The notes below the pieces were generated by a model. That model had not been told where the DNA came from. It made no database searches and was given only the letters and a program-made list of their open reading frames with translations. A stretch of 63,185 nt of DNA, the filler included, from Neolecta irregularis DAH-3 (lineage: Eukaryota), in the NCBI GenBank assembly GCA_001929475.1. It is 7 parts of 7 records of this genome, joined end to end, with 100 filler letters (N's around TTAATTAATTAA, not from the genome) between each part and the next. Parts side by side here need not be neighbours in the genome. Positions count along the whole stretch, not along the records: positions 1 to 31,993 come from LXFE01000139.1; positions 32,094 to 34,904 come from LXFE01000140.1; positions 35,005 to 40,084 come from LXFE01002290.1; 4 more parts are not named here. The stretch is one strand, 5' to 3'. The translations under genes and the position numbers were made by a program. Positions within the stretch are counted from its first letter, which is position 1. Every line of letters begins with the position of its first letter. Shown piece after piece: positions 23,443 to 35,931 of the stretch.

Positions 23443-24550
23443 TCAAGTGAAAACACCTCCTGCACCTCCATGCCATCCCCGTACCCAGTCACAACCGGCC
23501 ACCCAGGTTTTCCCTTCAGGTTGAACATTTTTTACAACAACTTCCCCATCATTAAGAGAAATAACCATTTCACGGTTTCTGTGTCTGAAGGAGCCTGGTT
23601 CATGTGACCCAATGTCATCCTGTTGCAGATGCGAAATTTCAAATCCTGACAACTTGAACATGCGAAGGTTTTGACAGCCCAGGTGGCAGTATAGATTCCT
23701 GAAAGCTTGTGCATGGCGATTGAAAGTTTTGATATCCCATTCGTCCCATTTGATTACCTGATCTTCTTTACTGACTTTTGGAGCATATTTCGCTTCATGA
23801 ATAGGCAGAAGACCTTCTGATTCAAAAGTACGAGACTGAAGTACATTAAGAAGCAGGTCTGCGCCAACATCAGCCAGCCGTTTATATAGTAGATCATATG
23901 TGGAAGTGGTCGATATCGGAATTTCCTCTGATCTGGCGAGAATTTTGCCTTGGTCGAATTTTGTGGGATGAAGAGATTGAACGGTGACACCTGTCGTGGT
24001 GTCTCCGGACAAAAGAGCATGGTGAATTGGTGCTGGGCCATAAAATCTCGGTAAATCAATGAATGCGCTCGAAGAAGCTAGTATACCTTGGAAGGAACGA
24101 TGGATGGACATTGATGCCGCCATATAGAACAGAGCTAATGACGGATCCCGGTATCAACTTGCCAAAAGAGACAGCTACAACCAGATTGCAAGAGTGTAAT
24201 TGTTCTGCGGCTGCTTGATCTGGCTTTGAGAATTGAGCAGATGAGTAAAGTTAAATATCAAACCCTTTCCCATTGGTAAACATATAAATTATTTGTTTGA
24301 GCGTATTCAGAAATCTTGGCTAGCTCAAACTCAGTACTGCCATCGTATAAGTCATACAATGCGTCACTTCAGACTTGTTTCGTCCTGTTATTCTCGAGGG
24401 AGTTGTGAAAATTCGTAGATCATCACCATATCCTCCCTTTCTAATGGTATCTAGTGATTTAACACTAAAGATATCTGATCCAAAGAAGGCTATTCGTAAG
24501 GCCGAGCCATTTGATATCGCATATTTCAGGCAGCATATCGAAGCGATCAT
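23443..24550 (-). CDS. FMT1: Mitochondrial methionyl-tRNA formyltransferase
   Basis: LRIAFFGSDIFSVKSL, LVVAVSFGKLIP, LPRFYGPAPIHHALLSGDTTTGVTVQSLHPTKFDQGKIL. Confidence 0.92.
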
Positions 24551-24651
24551 TTATAAAGTCTTTGGTGGAAAGGACAGGTCAGACATCAGTAGGAAAATCA
24601 GAAATACTCCCCTCGAAATAACACCGAATTCGCCACTTCATACCGCATAAA

Positions 24652-25397
24652 ATGGATCTTAGACAAGCAACAATAGACGATTTACCAGGTGTAAGACTCT
24701 CAGTTATATTCTCCTAAATATTAGATGCAAGCTTGCAATCTATCGAATTTGCCTGAAAATTACACTATGAAATATTGTAACATATTCTCAATATGAATTG
24801 ACTCTGATATTAAGATTTATATCATCTTCTAACGTGGCCCCAGTTATCTTGGGTAGCAGTAAATCCGGTAGGATGCTCAGAGTAGAACGATCTTTTTAAT
24901 CGTGCAGAAAGGCGTGATAGTGGGCTACGTTCTTGCTAAGATGGAAGAAGATCCAGCGGACGGAATTCAGCATGGTCATATTACAAGCGTCAGTGTCATG
25001 AGGACATATCGGAGGTTGGGTTTTGCGGAAAAATTGATGCGATTATCACGTATGGCCAGCTTTGTCTTGATACTAATGTTTTAGAGAGGGCCATGGTGGA
25101 AAACTTTAATGCGGAATATGTCAGTTTGCACGTCCGTGAATCAAACAAAGCGGCGTTACATCTCTATAAGGGAACATTAGACTTCAAGTGAATACCCTAT
25201 TTATCATGATCCTGAATTCCTAGGGTAAATGAGGTGGAGAAAGGCTACTACGCTGACGGAGAAGATGCGTATGCAATGAGGTGCTAAACCCTTTGTTCCT
25301 TTGCACTAACGGCATTAGAAAAGAATTGAAGTATCTGAAGACAGAGAACAAGGCTATCACCCGGCTGATAACAGAGGTCGCTGCGCTCGCGATGTAA
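24652..25397 (+). CDS. ARD1: NatA N-terminal acetyltransferase catalytic subunit Naa10/Ard1, multi-exon
   Basis: [37 protein letters not shown]...[45 protein letters not shown]. Confidence 0.96.
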
Positions 25398-25949
25398 ATA
25401 ACGCCCTATTTTGTGATTGCATCTCGCCTATCTAAAAATAACAAAAAGTTATGTCTTCGCTCAAAATGAGTGTTTTAATTATTCTATATCCAGAAGCCTT
25501 TCGAATTCTATCGTAATACAACGAACTTCTGCAAAAAGAATTATCTATATAAAGAATGGGCATGTGTATGTTGATACTCGGCTTTTGAGGAATCAACCAA
25601 AATGAAGCCGGCAAGTCGGTAGCATCTCAAGCTTTAGCATCTAATTCATGGATTAAATCTACATTTTCAAAGAGTTTCTATCGATAAATACGAAGCCTTG
25701 TATCCCTAGGTGCCATCACATTTTTGAACGGCTAATTAATTCCATTCGGAACCTTCGTCAAGGTTTCCAGACTGTTGAGAATCGCCTTGCAGTGTTGAGA
25801 ACTGAGGTATCTCTTTATGAAACTACAACCGGACACGATTTTAATTTACTTGGGAAAGTAGAAGCTATTGTTGCAGCAGAAATATAAAGGATAAGCAAGT
25901 TTGATTACTTAGATAGTAGCTAAATGCAATATTCCTAGGAATTTCTCCT

Positions 25950-28900
25950 TTAGGTACTGGTATCCGACTCAGCCCATGTCAGAGTCCAGTTGAAACTCTT
26001 CAGATCACTCCCATTGAACTTATCAATATCAAAAATCGTTAAAATTCTAGAAGTCTCATCATATGCCCAGTTAACAACCACTGGTGAATCAAAATGAACT
26101 CGCTTGGGTTTACTGGTGACGCCCAGAATTGTAATTTTAGAAAGCATGGTAGTAATGACAAATTTTCCTCGAGATCTCACGCTTAGGGAGCCGTCGGCTA
26201 CAGTCATCTCGACATTGAGAGTCGACGCAGGAACTAGAGCTTCATCATCAAGATAAATTTCACCTTGCGCGACTCCTTCCGAGGAAAGAGCAACGAGGAG
26301 TTTCAAGCTATTCTTTCGGGTTTCTGTGGTCGTATAACCAGGTTCCTCTGATCAGCTTCAGTCTTAAAAGCATGAGCCTACTTGCATAGGTAAAATCGAT
26401 CCACCTCGAACCGCAAGATTGATATGACCTAATGGAGCATCCATAGTAACATTTTTTCCATTTGGGACTTCGATCTTGGTATAATTATACCAGTCGTACC
26501 ATATGTCGTTCCTAGATCCAGGAAAAACACCATTGACAGTTGTAACAAGAGGTTCTAAGACAGGAGTCACGAGAATGGCTGACCCAACGAGAAACTGTCT
26601 ATCGGCATCCTTCAATGCTTCTTCATTCGGAAACTGTTGTCAGAACTGGTAAATATTGGAACTTGAATACTTCCCAAGCTAACGCCCGAACCATTGGAGT
26701 TCCATCAACATGAGCGCGATACATCAGCGTATACCAATATGGCAAAAGACTATATCGGATATTAATGGCGATCCGACTGGCTTCGGCAACGCTGGACCAC
26801 CGATAAGCTTCTTGAGGAATTGATGTGATTTCGTTGTGATTTCGATAGAAAGGGAGAAATGCACCGAGTTGCATCCATCGAGCACAAAGCTCAAAGTCTG
26901 TATTGCCGCCGAAACCACAGGTATCCACCCCGACAACCGGCTACAACGTCAACTAGGCTGAAGATGACCCGTATACAATGCCAAAGATTTGAAAGCTAAG
27001 AACTTGGGGAATCGAGAAGGCCATGTAATAGAATTTGCTGCTATTATCGCCTCCCCAATGAGCTGCATACGACCCGCTGCCGGGAAAGGTGCCTCGAGTT
27101 AGAAGAAAAGGGCGTTTATTAGGACGGAGTTCCAAGAAACTTTTATAAGCTGTCATTGTTTCTGTGTATGCGTAGAGATTATGAATATCTGCAAAGGTAT
27201 CAACCATTGTGTAGAAAAACACGCACCGTATTCCAAGGTGCCATCATGGTGAGTTACGTTCGGTGATAGAGTATGGGAAGCAAGATTCAGTAACTCTTCC
27301 GCAAGCTTGATCTTATAGGGCGGATAATTGACTTGAGAATTAGTCACCATTATAACAAGAGAGACCATTTCGACCTATTTTATCAAGTTGAACTGGTGCA
27401 TCAGGAGCAACTGCAGGCATGATTTGAGCCATTACTGCCTTAGCCGAATCCGCATGGAATCCTTCTGTAGAATTGGTAACATTAAAACCCTCAGGGTAAT
27501 CTGTAGAAGGGGAACCTACAAAATCAAAAAGACAAGACGGATTATCGGAAAGTTTATCATTCCCACAGCTTCCAGTGCAAAAAGTGCTAATTTCGTTCAT
27601 ATCCAGCCAAAATCCGTCATAATCAACCAAAGTCGAAAAGTTTCGCATAGCTTCAATCCACCATTTTAAAGTATTCGCGTTTCGATAAAAATCAGGAAAG
27701 GTCGTGTATCCAGGCCATACATTGCCGATATATAGCGAGGAGTCTGGGTTAAGGGCGTAGATGGACTTATCAAGACCAGCGGTGTATGGATCGTAGACAT
27801 CTGAGAGATTGGTAGGATTACCCGCATAAATACCTGCATCAATGATCGGGACTAAAATCAACGTATTGCCAAGCTACAAAACACACCGTAATATTGATTG
27901 TTGGCATGAAGTTCTTCGAGGAAATGATGCATTTCATCAGGGTGAAAGTTCTTCTCATCCAATGTCCAATCTCGATATTGGTACACTACGGTCAGCCTGA
28001 TAGTTGAACAGTACAATGCGGTACTGTAGTCAAGATCCGACCAAATGACCTCCAAGGGAATGTTGGCTCTGCTTATTAGCGTGACATATCAAAGCACGAC
28101 TTACTCTCGATATAATTTTACTACATCTCTCAGATCATTCACGTTCTTATATCCCCAACGACACTGAGCAGATTAACGGACCATGTGGAAGTACGATCAA
28201 ACCTGATGGAATCCGAGTACCCAGTATTGCTGCATCGCAGGAAGTCCAATTGAACTACTAATGAAGATGCAACATTGAACATGTTACCTGACGTATTGCT
28301 GAATTGCTTGTATAGCTGTATCACCGAGGTAGAAATAGAGATCGATAATTCCACCAAGCACTCGATAGGACAAGGTTTCAGGCCTCAACAATACGTCCAT
28401 TCCATGAGACGATCGAAGAAAGACTGCATGAGATGTCGAGGTCGTCCGACTTTGCAAGTCACCTCCATAACGAGTCTCAAGGTATACTGGATGTGAGCCA
28501 TACATGTTTGAATCAATTGGATTCTGATAGTGGTTAGCGACATGCCAAGAGAAGCGAGACAGGCATACTGACAAATCGGTGGCCCACATAGCCCTGGTTA
28601 AATTATTCCCCAACCGAAGTTCATGTATTACTTCTCCCAGACCATAGAGGTTATAGTTTGGTTCCATCTTCGTCATGACCTCGAGATACTGGTCCTCGAA
28701 AATCTGAAACATTGGCAAGGTTCAATCAAAGCACAAGCATACCAACTTTGTTCCCCTAGTATCAAACAAAATGTCTCCGTCACTCCTACGAGTAACCCAG
28801 AACTCAAAGGGCTGGGTATTATACTCGAATTCATATTTCTGCGCAGTGTTTGTTTCGGCGACTGGGGCCTTGGCGACATCGTCTGGAATAACATATTGAA

Positions 28901-29370
28901 TATCCTCAGAGTCTGTAATTCGAACGTTTAAACGATTATCAGTTTGATAGGTCACATTGAGAATGAGATCATTGTAATCTTTGCCGTATATATTGCATGG
29001 CTGGCCAGCGATACGAAGCCAAGCAGTGATTCCATTGGTCGTTCTGACAACATTCTCAGAGTAATAGCCTGTGGTTAGAAAACTTAGATACGGGTTGCAT
29101 ACCAGGGCAAAGTTCTTGAGCGATTGGTGCAGAGGCATTGTCGACGGTAGGCCACTGCCGTATTCCGTCAGCTAGATCTGGAGCAGATGTCTGTTTTGGT
29201 GAGATAAAAGATGGGACCAGCGGGGTAAAAGTGACAACTGCGAAAGCGGCGCCATAAAGAATGAAAAGTATCCCCAGGCTAGACAATAAAATAAACCATA
29301 AATTCTCCTTGACATTTGAAATTGCATAGCTCCATCTGTTATGGACCGGCCGTAGTTGTGTGTAATGCAT
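25950..29370 (-). CDS. Glycoside hydrolase family 31 alpha-glucosidase with N-terminal membrane anchor, multi-exon
   Basis: Catalytic WLDMNE and HWGGDN, IWSDLDY, ELCARWMQLGAFLPFYRNHN; hydrophobic N-terminal segment. Confidence 0.93.
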
Positions 29371-30089
29371 GGGTGTATAACAATAGCAAATGAAGATCGC
29401 GAAGAGAGCGTTGGTATAATCCCCAGAACCAGGGGGAAATTATAAGACTAGACTCTGGACTTGGAATGTAAGTGTTGTAACCCAAGTACCAGGGTATATT
29501 ACTAGCCTCAGTGAACGTGGACTTTTGCAAGGAGTGAGCGCCTATCTACGCTATATAGTACAATTTAATTTGCCGCAATATCATTGCAGCCACCATCCGT
29601 ATTGGTAAGGTATACCCAAGGATATACGCTTACATGGATGGGACCTTGCAAGATAATGGAAATTTCCACTCAAATGAACCAATAATGGCATCCAGCGCGA
29701 AGCAGGTTTGACGAGTGTTCTCGGTTTCCCATGCCAGACCCAGGCTAGTCATTGATCGACCCGGCCAGAAAGAGCCAAAATGACCCAATGTTAAGCGATC
29801 ATTGAATGGACATGGGATAAAGGATATTACAGTCCCGTAGTCCCGAGAGTACGAATTCAATAAAGATTCAAAGAATTTTGGTACGTAAATGTAACAGGAT
29901 GACCATGCTTTATAATGAAACATTCTTAGTCTCTTGACAAGTTTGTATTAGTTCTTAATTAGGGATCCCAGTATTTAAGAACGTTTGACTGGAAAACAGA
30001 CCGCCATTGAGAAACCCAAGAATTTAGAGTACTCAGGTGCGATGCGGTCATGTGATAGTAAAGTCGACCCAAACCCATTAGGTCGTAAG

Positions 30090-30480
30090 ATGCCTCCAAA
30101 AGCTGGTGAAAACGCTGATGAGAATCTTCCTACTCGTCTCAAATCATCATTGTGGTTTGCAGTAGGAAAGATAATCGACGAAGTTTGCATGGAGCAACAT
30201 ACCAATGCCACGCCCGAATTTATAGCTGCGATGACCGAGATGTTGTGGAGTCAAGCCGGTATGTCAGATTCTGCCACATTTTTAATCGTTGGACAGAGAG
30301 CTTAAGCGGTGATCTCGAGAACTTTGCTCACCATGCAAAGAGGAATACGATCAATGTTGAGGATTTGAAGGTTTGACCTGTTGTGGTATCGATACTTACG
30401 AACAGTTGTGCTGTAGACGGAATGAAGGACTCATGGAGGCAATCGAAGACCATGAGAAGAAGACAACGTCCAAACAATGA
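30090..30480 (+). CDS. MHF1: CENP-S/Mhf1 histone-fold protein (2 introns)
   Basis: RLKSSLWFAVGKIIDE...ATPEFIAAMTEMLWSQA-ESLSGDLENFAHHAKRNTINVEDLK-LCCRRNEGL. Confidence 0.93.
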
Positions 30481-30554
30481 ATGCACAAATTTGGTTTCCA
30501 GGGTCTCGTTATTTATACTCATGTCTTTGAAGAATCAATCTGAAACATCTGAAA

Positions 30555-31236
30555 ATGGGCTTAAAATCACTTTTTCAACACCTCAAATTCGTTGCTCAAC
30601 CGGAAGTGATTCAGCAAATGCAACCGTCAAAAGTTTTGGGATTTATTGCCAGTTTCGGAAAGGTACTTATAGATGCGGTCTTCTACGATAAACATCATGT
30701 ATGTTCTCCTGCATCTGAGCTGTATCCAATACAATCCATAGATTTACTTGACGCCCCAGTCAACCAAAACCACTTACCGCATCGTAGAAACAAGACCGTG
30801 CAGTGGCAGTGAGACTATGCTTCACATCTTCCTGAAGTCAACAGGGCCGATGTCAACTGATGACATTGGTCCATACGAAATGGAGCTGGAATCAGGTCAA
30901 CTGTTTATGCGCTTAGCATTAGCAGCCTATGCAAATCTTGAAGTCCCAATAACACACCCTCAGGCCGTCCTTGGCCCTGTAATAGCAGCCAAGCGTGTCA
31001 CCACCAATCTCGGACTATGGAAATTTACTGACCGCAAATTATCCATGGATTACAACAACATGATGATCAATTTCTCTGTTTGTTCGACTCAACGGCCTTC
31101 AATCTTTCAATTGTTCTGGCATTTGACAGATACTTTGGAGTTTAACCCTTTGTCGCCAGAGAACACTTATTGCGAGCCAGTTGTGCTATACACATATCAA
31201 GGTCTCGATGAATGGGCAAACGGACTTGGAGTTTAA
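30555..31236 (+). CDS. Hypothetical protein (~210 aa, one intron at ~30698-30741)
   Basis: A GTATGT..CCATAG intron joins ORF 30555 (...FYDKHH) in frame to ORF 30748 (IYLTPQSTK...); no family recognised. Confidence 0.55.
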
Positions 31237-31378
31237 AAATATATAGGTCAAGCCTAGGGGTTCTATTTGTGTAAGTGATTCATGAACAAGCTATAGTCAA
31301 AGAAATGCGACTGCAATCTAAAGATACCATTTTCATTCATGGAAACCCAGATATACCTACAAACCTATAAAGCACCAA

Positions 31379-31993
<615 letters not shown>

Positions 31994-32093
31994 NNNNNNN
32001 NNNNNNNNNNNNNNNNNNNNNNNNNNNNNNNNNNNNNTTAATTAATTAANNNNNNNNNNNNNNNNNNNNNNNNNNNNNNNNNNNNNNNNNNNN
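31994..32093. other. Artificial contig linker (44 N + TTAATTAATTAA + 44 N)
   Basis: Identical 100-nt spacer with an all-frame stop cassette, seen six times in the window. Confidence 0.97.
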
Positions 32094-32349
32094 AGGCCAA
32101 CCAGATCGCTTTAAATTGATGTGGGAAAATGAAATCATGGTAGTCCATTTTAGCGCCCTACTCGACAACGCATGGTTGACACCAGTTGAACAAGCTCGCC
32201 GTGCAAGACCGTGTGCGACGTCGTACTTTTTGGACAACTTTAAAGATTGGTGGACGATTGCAAATGATACTTGTCCAGATTGGAAGACCTCGGAGCATCC
32301 GCTTACAAATTTTGATGAACCGGCCAAAGATATAATTTGTGGCACGTAA
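32094..32349 (+). CDS. 3' end of a GT8-family (Gnt1-like) glycosyltransferase
   Basis: IMVVHFSALLDNAWLTPVEQARRARP...FLDNFKDWWTIANDTCP resembles the fungal GT8 C-terminus (VHF[ST]AxxKPW...W...C). Confidence 0.6.
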
Positions 32350-32445
32350 TGAAATATATTTAGGGTGCGTTTTGTTCGCGCTAAATTTCATAAAATGTGG
32401 CTTTAAAGAATTGGAATTTTAGGCGCGCGTTTGGTGCGCTCTACA

Positions 32446-33989
32446 TCAATCGACTTGCTTATGATTAATTGAAAGTAAACCCAATTCAACTGCTTTTAAA
32501 TCCAACTCTTTTGCCAAGTGAATCATTTTATCCAATAAGCCTTTAATTTCGGTATTAACAGGCGTGATATTTCTAGTTGGAGTTCCATATCGAAATTCGT
32601 TAGGATGCCTGCAATCGTCATCTGAAGTCCAAGAAGATGGTTCAGCTCCATAATCCCAAGCTTCGAATCGAGCGTAAACATCATCATTAGCCACTTTAAA
32701 ATCTAATAGAGAATTGTTTATCCAGAGAGGATCCCCGGATTCGTCGACGTGCAGGAGTTGAAGAGAACATATGTGCGTGGTGGAGTTTAGGCGGTAGCGG
32801 CCTATACCACCTGCGTAACCCTCTGCAAATTGAAACCGAGTATCGGATATTCCGTAACCGAGCCAAAATGTCTCCTTGTCCCCTGATATTAGAAATTAAA
32901 TTAATTCGATTTTGATACCGTAGAAAATTGGTTTGATTACTTGTTCGCGTTGTCTTTTGAGGTTCATATGACATGTCAATAATAATCCGCTCATAGTACG
33001 TAATTTATCAATCAAGACAACACCACTGCCAAATCAGTCGTGGACAGAATGTCGATTTCACACCTTTCCATTTCATGACCCGTTTTCTGCTCAAAAAACA
33101 GCGAATCTTTAAGTATGTCGTTATAATATTTAGTGTTTTTTAGCCAATTTTTGACTAATGCGATAGTTTCGTCAGGTTTTCTTGAAAATATTCTATCGTG
33201 GAAAAATAAAGTGCCTGTATCTTTATACTGCTTGTTTTCAAAAAGGACTTTTGGGTCTTGTAAGAAAACTCCGTCCGCATCAATAAGTAAAACTTGTCGG
33301 AAGGAAGAGATCAACATTGAAAATGTCTTTATTGCAAACGAGCCAGGGAGTTCAATGAGATTGTCTGGGTCAATGAGGATCTTTTTCACGTCTACGAATC
33401 GAATGTCGTCGCCGGCACTGGCGAGTAGATTGCGTTCTTGGACAGTAAGATCGTCGTCTCCGCCATACATTATTTCAATTGGGAGGTCAGTGTTTAGTAT
33501 AGTGCGCAGTGAGTAGACTAGATGCATGCATAAACGGAATTGTTGTCTTCCCGAAGTAATAACAATTCCTCTTTCGCGGGTAAAGGTGGACTCTAGGAAA
33601 TCCATAGAGGAATTGGAGGACCCCGCGGTAAGCCATGGGTAGAGAATGTTTCCGATATTGGAGATTGTCTGTCTTAAAGAGCCGTCTAAGAGGTCATTTT
33701 TCTGGAGATGAAGGTTCCAGAGGGCTGTGAATTTCTGAGCATATGGTTTTATTTCGATCAAGTCCAAGGTATTTTGATCATAATGTTGGCGAACGTCGTC
33801 TTCGAGGATGTGAAGCAATTCCCGAGTGAGAAGCCTATCTGATTCCTGCACAGACAAAGGTAGGTTTATATCTGCGGGCGAGGAGTGGAGGTTTCTGGAA
33901 CGAATAAGGTTGAAAGAAACAAGACAAAGGAGTGTGAGACAAGCGATGATAAGAATTATCCAGGGTCTTCTAAGAGCGTAGAAGTTCAT
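32446..33989 (-). CDS. Alpha-1,3-mannosyltransferase, GT71 (Mnn1/Mnt-like), type II membrane protein
   Basis: N-terminal TM; RGIVITSG, LPIEIMYGGDDDL, FAIKTFSMLISSFRQVLLIDAD (DxD), TGTLFFHDR; downstream exons GVVLIDK, GDKETFWLG, ICSLQLLHVD...PLWIN. Confidence 0.92.
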
Positions 33990-34644
33990 CGTGTGGGACG
34001 AGTCAAGGGACTGCCAGAATGGGGGAGGCAGGATAGGCATGAGGCTGCCGCCGCCGGACAGGCACGAGACTGCCGAGGAGAGCGCCACTAGCAGCAGCCA
34101 GCATTTCTGGCATGAGTATTTTGCAGCCCCGAAGACAGAAGCAGCAATTCTGACCAGTCGTGCAGCAATTCCGACCAGTCGCGCAGGAATGCGGAGCAGT
34201 CGCAAGGTCAAGATAAATCTACAAGCACAAGAGGGGGAAGGAGCGCGGTACCGGGAGGTGGAGGGGATGTGAGATCGGAGCGGGCAGGGAGAAGCAGTGT
34301 TGGGGATGGGTCAAAAGGTATACATCCTGGCCACCTTTTAAACACGTCTTTACCTGTGTTATCATCATTTACCACCTGCCACTTGATAGTAACTACCCGC
34401 ATTATGATTATACAGTGGTAGGACTGAGTTAGCTATGCCAGCCCCTAATTATATATCCATCAGAGCGCGCCGACTATCTGGCATTCTGTCCCTTCTGCTC
34501 CTGGATTGTGTAACCTCTATTAGGCGTTGCTTGCCCAAACAGGACACATCTGTTGCCTCTTTGGGCCGCAGAGAATCCACCTGAATATGTACGCTGAAGC
34601 ATTCCAGCCTCTTCCCATCGTTTACATTGGAGACCTCAAAGCAA

Positions 34645-34904
34645 ATGCACAAGCGCTTCAATTACATCCTATTCAGGGTTGCACTTTTGTTTTTGGTAGG
34701 ATGCTGGCCACTGTTCATGCAGGTTCGATTTTGGATATCCAACCATTACTGGTAAGTCGATCAAATCTGAACTGACCGTTCCACCTAATTTAACAGTTCC
34801 TCCAACCTCAGCCGAAGCTAAAATCCCATTGGCCTCGGTGCCGGGACAAAAACCCGATCGGAACCTCGCATACGCGTTTTACGCTACACATTATGGTTAC
34901 GCAT
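34645..34904 (+). CDS. Probable 5' end of a GT8-family glycosyltransferase, cut by the gap; frame break unresolved
   Basis: Signal-anchor-like MHKRFNYILFRVALLFLVGCWPLF, then in another frame a Pro-rich stem and RNLAYAFYATHYGYA, resembling the GT8 AYVFYATxxxYAC motif. Confidence 0.55.
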
Positions 34905-35004
34905 NNNNNNNNNNNNNNNNNNNNNNNNNNNNNNNNNNNNNNNNNNNNTTAATTAATTAANNNNNNNNNNNNNNNNNNNNNNNNNNNNNNNNNNNNNNNN
35001 NNNN
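34905..35004. other. Artificial contig linker
   Basis: 44 N + TTAATTAATTAA + 44 N. Confidence 0.97.
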
Positions 35005-35931
35005 CACACTGGATTTTTAGTGTTGATGCAACTGGATGTCTCATCATATTGTAAGCATTTACTTATTAGCAAGTCTGATCACCGAGGACCTATTTATTCG
35101 GTATAAGCCTTCAACAGAAGCAACGTCACATTATTATTCTTTGACTGCTCTCGACCATGGCGATTTCACACCCAGAATGATAGAGGTCATCCTCTTTTGG
35201 ATGACCATCCAATAGTGAACCGCAATGGTAGCGGGAAGAGCTTTGTAGAAGTAACAGGTATGCATGCGCAGCGTGGGCGACCCTCCGGCGGATGGACTGG
35301 CGGGCTAAAACCCGCCGGCAGCGGCAGGAATTAACAATTTACATAGTTTCAATCCCGCATTTACTAAATATCAACAATTGCTAATATATATTGATTTCTA
35401 TCATGCCATTTCTGCCAATGCCATTATTTCTCCTCGTGACTATTTACAAAGAGCCCCTTAAGCAGCCAGTTCTTCTGACATTCATCTGCTTCAACTGTGT
35501 CATCCCCAAGACGATTTCTTTCGTCAATAATCAGTTCTCCTGCTTGACTGAATACTCTTTCACATTCTGCACTCATCGGCAGGGTGGGTGGTTGGACACA
35601 TTGCCACCACCACTACAAATGTTAAATTGCCTACTTTACCTTTCCCAACCTCCACTTCGCCTCCAACTAAATCGATCACGCGCTTTCGCATTGTTGATCT
35701 CACAAATATAGTTACATTTAGATAACCAAAAGAACACAGAACGAACGAAGCAGAAATTATTTCTTGATTTACAAAATCCAACCCCACAAAATTCAGGCCG
35801 AGTTTGCGTAGTTGGAATTGTATTGAATCTCGCTAAATGTTGTTAATATCTGAGCCTGCGTTCTTCCGAACTGAAAGCTCTCGGTAGTTCAATTTCTGTT
35901 CATAGCAAACCGAGCTATCTGAACTCTGTGC

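Noticed and set aside
24550..24652. Very short divergent promoters (FMT1/ARD1 ~100 bp; uL15m/LSM3 ~135 bp)
   Set aside because: Expected in a compact genome; no functional link between the partners is apparent.
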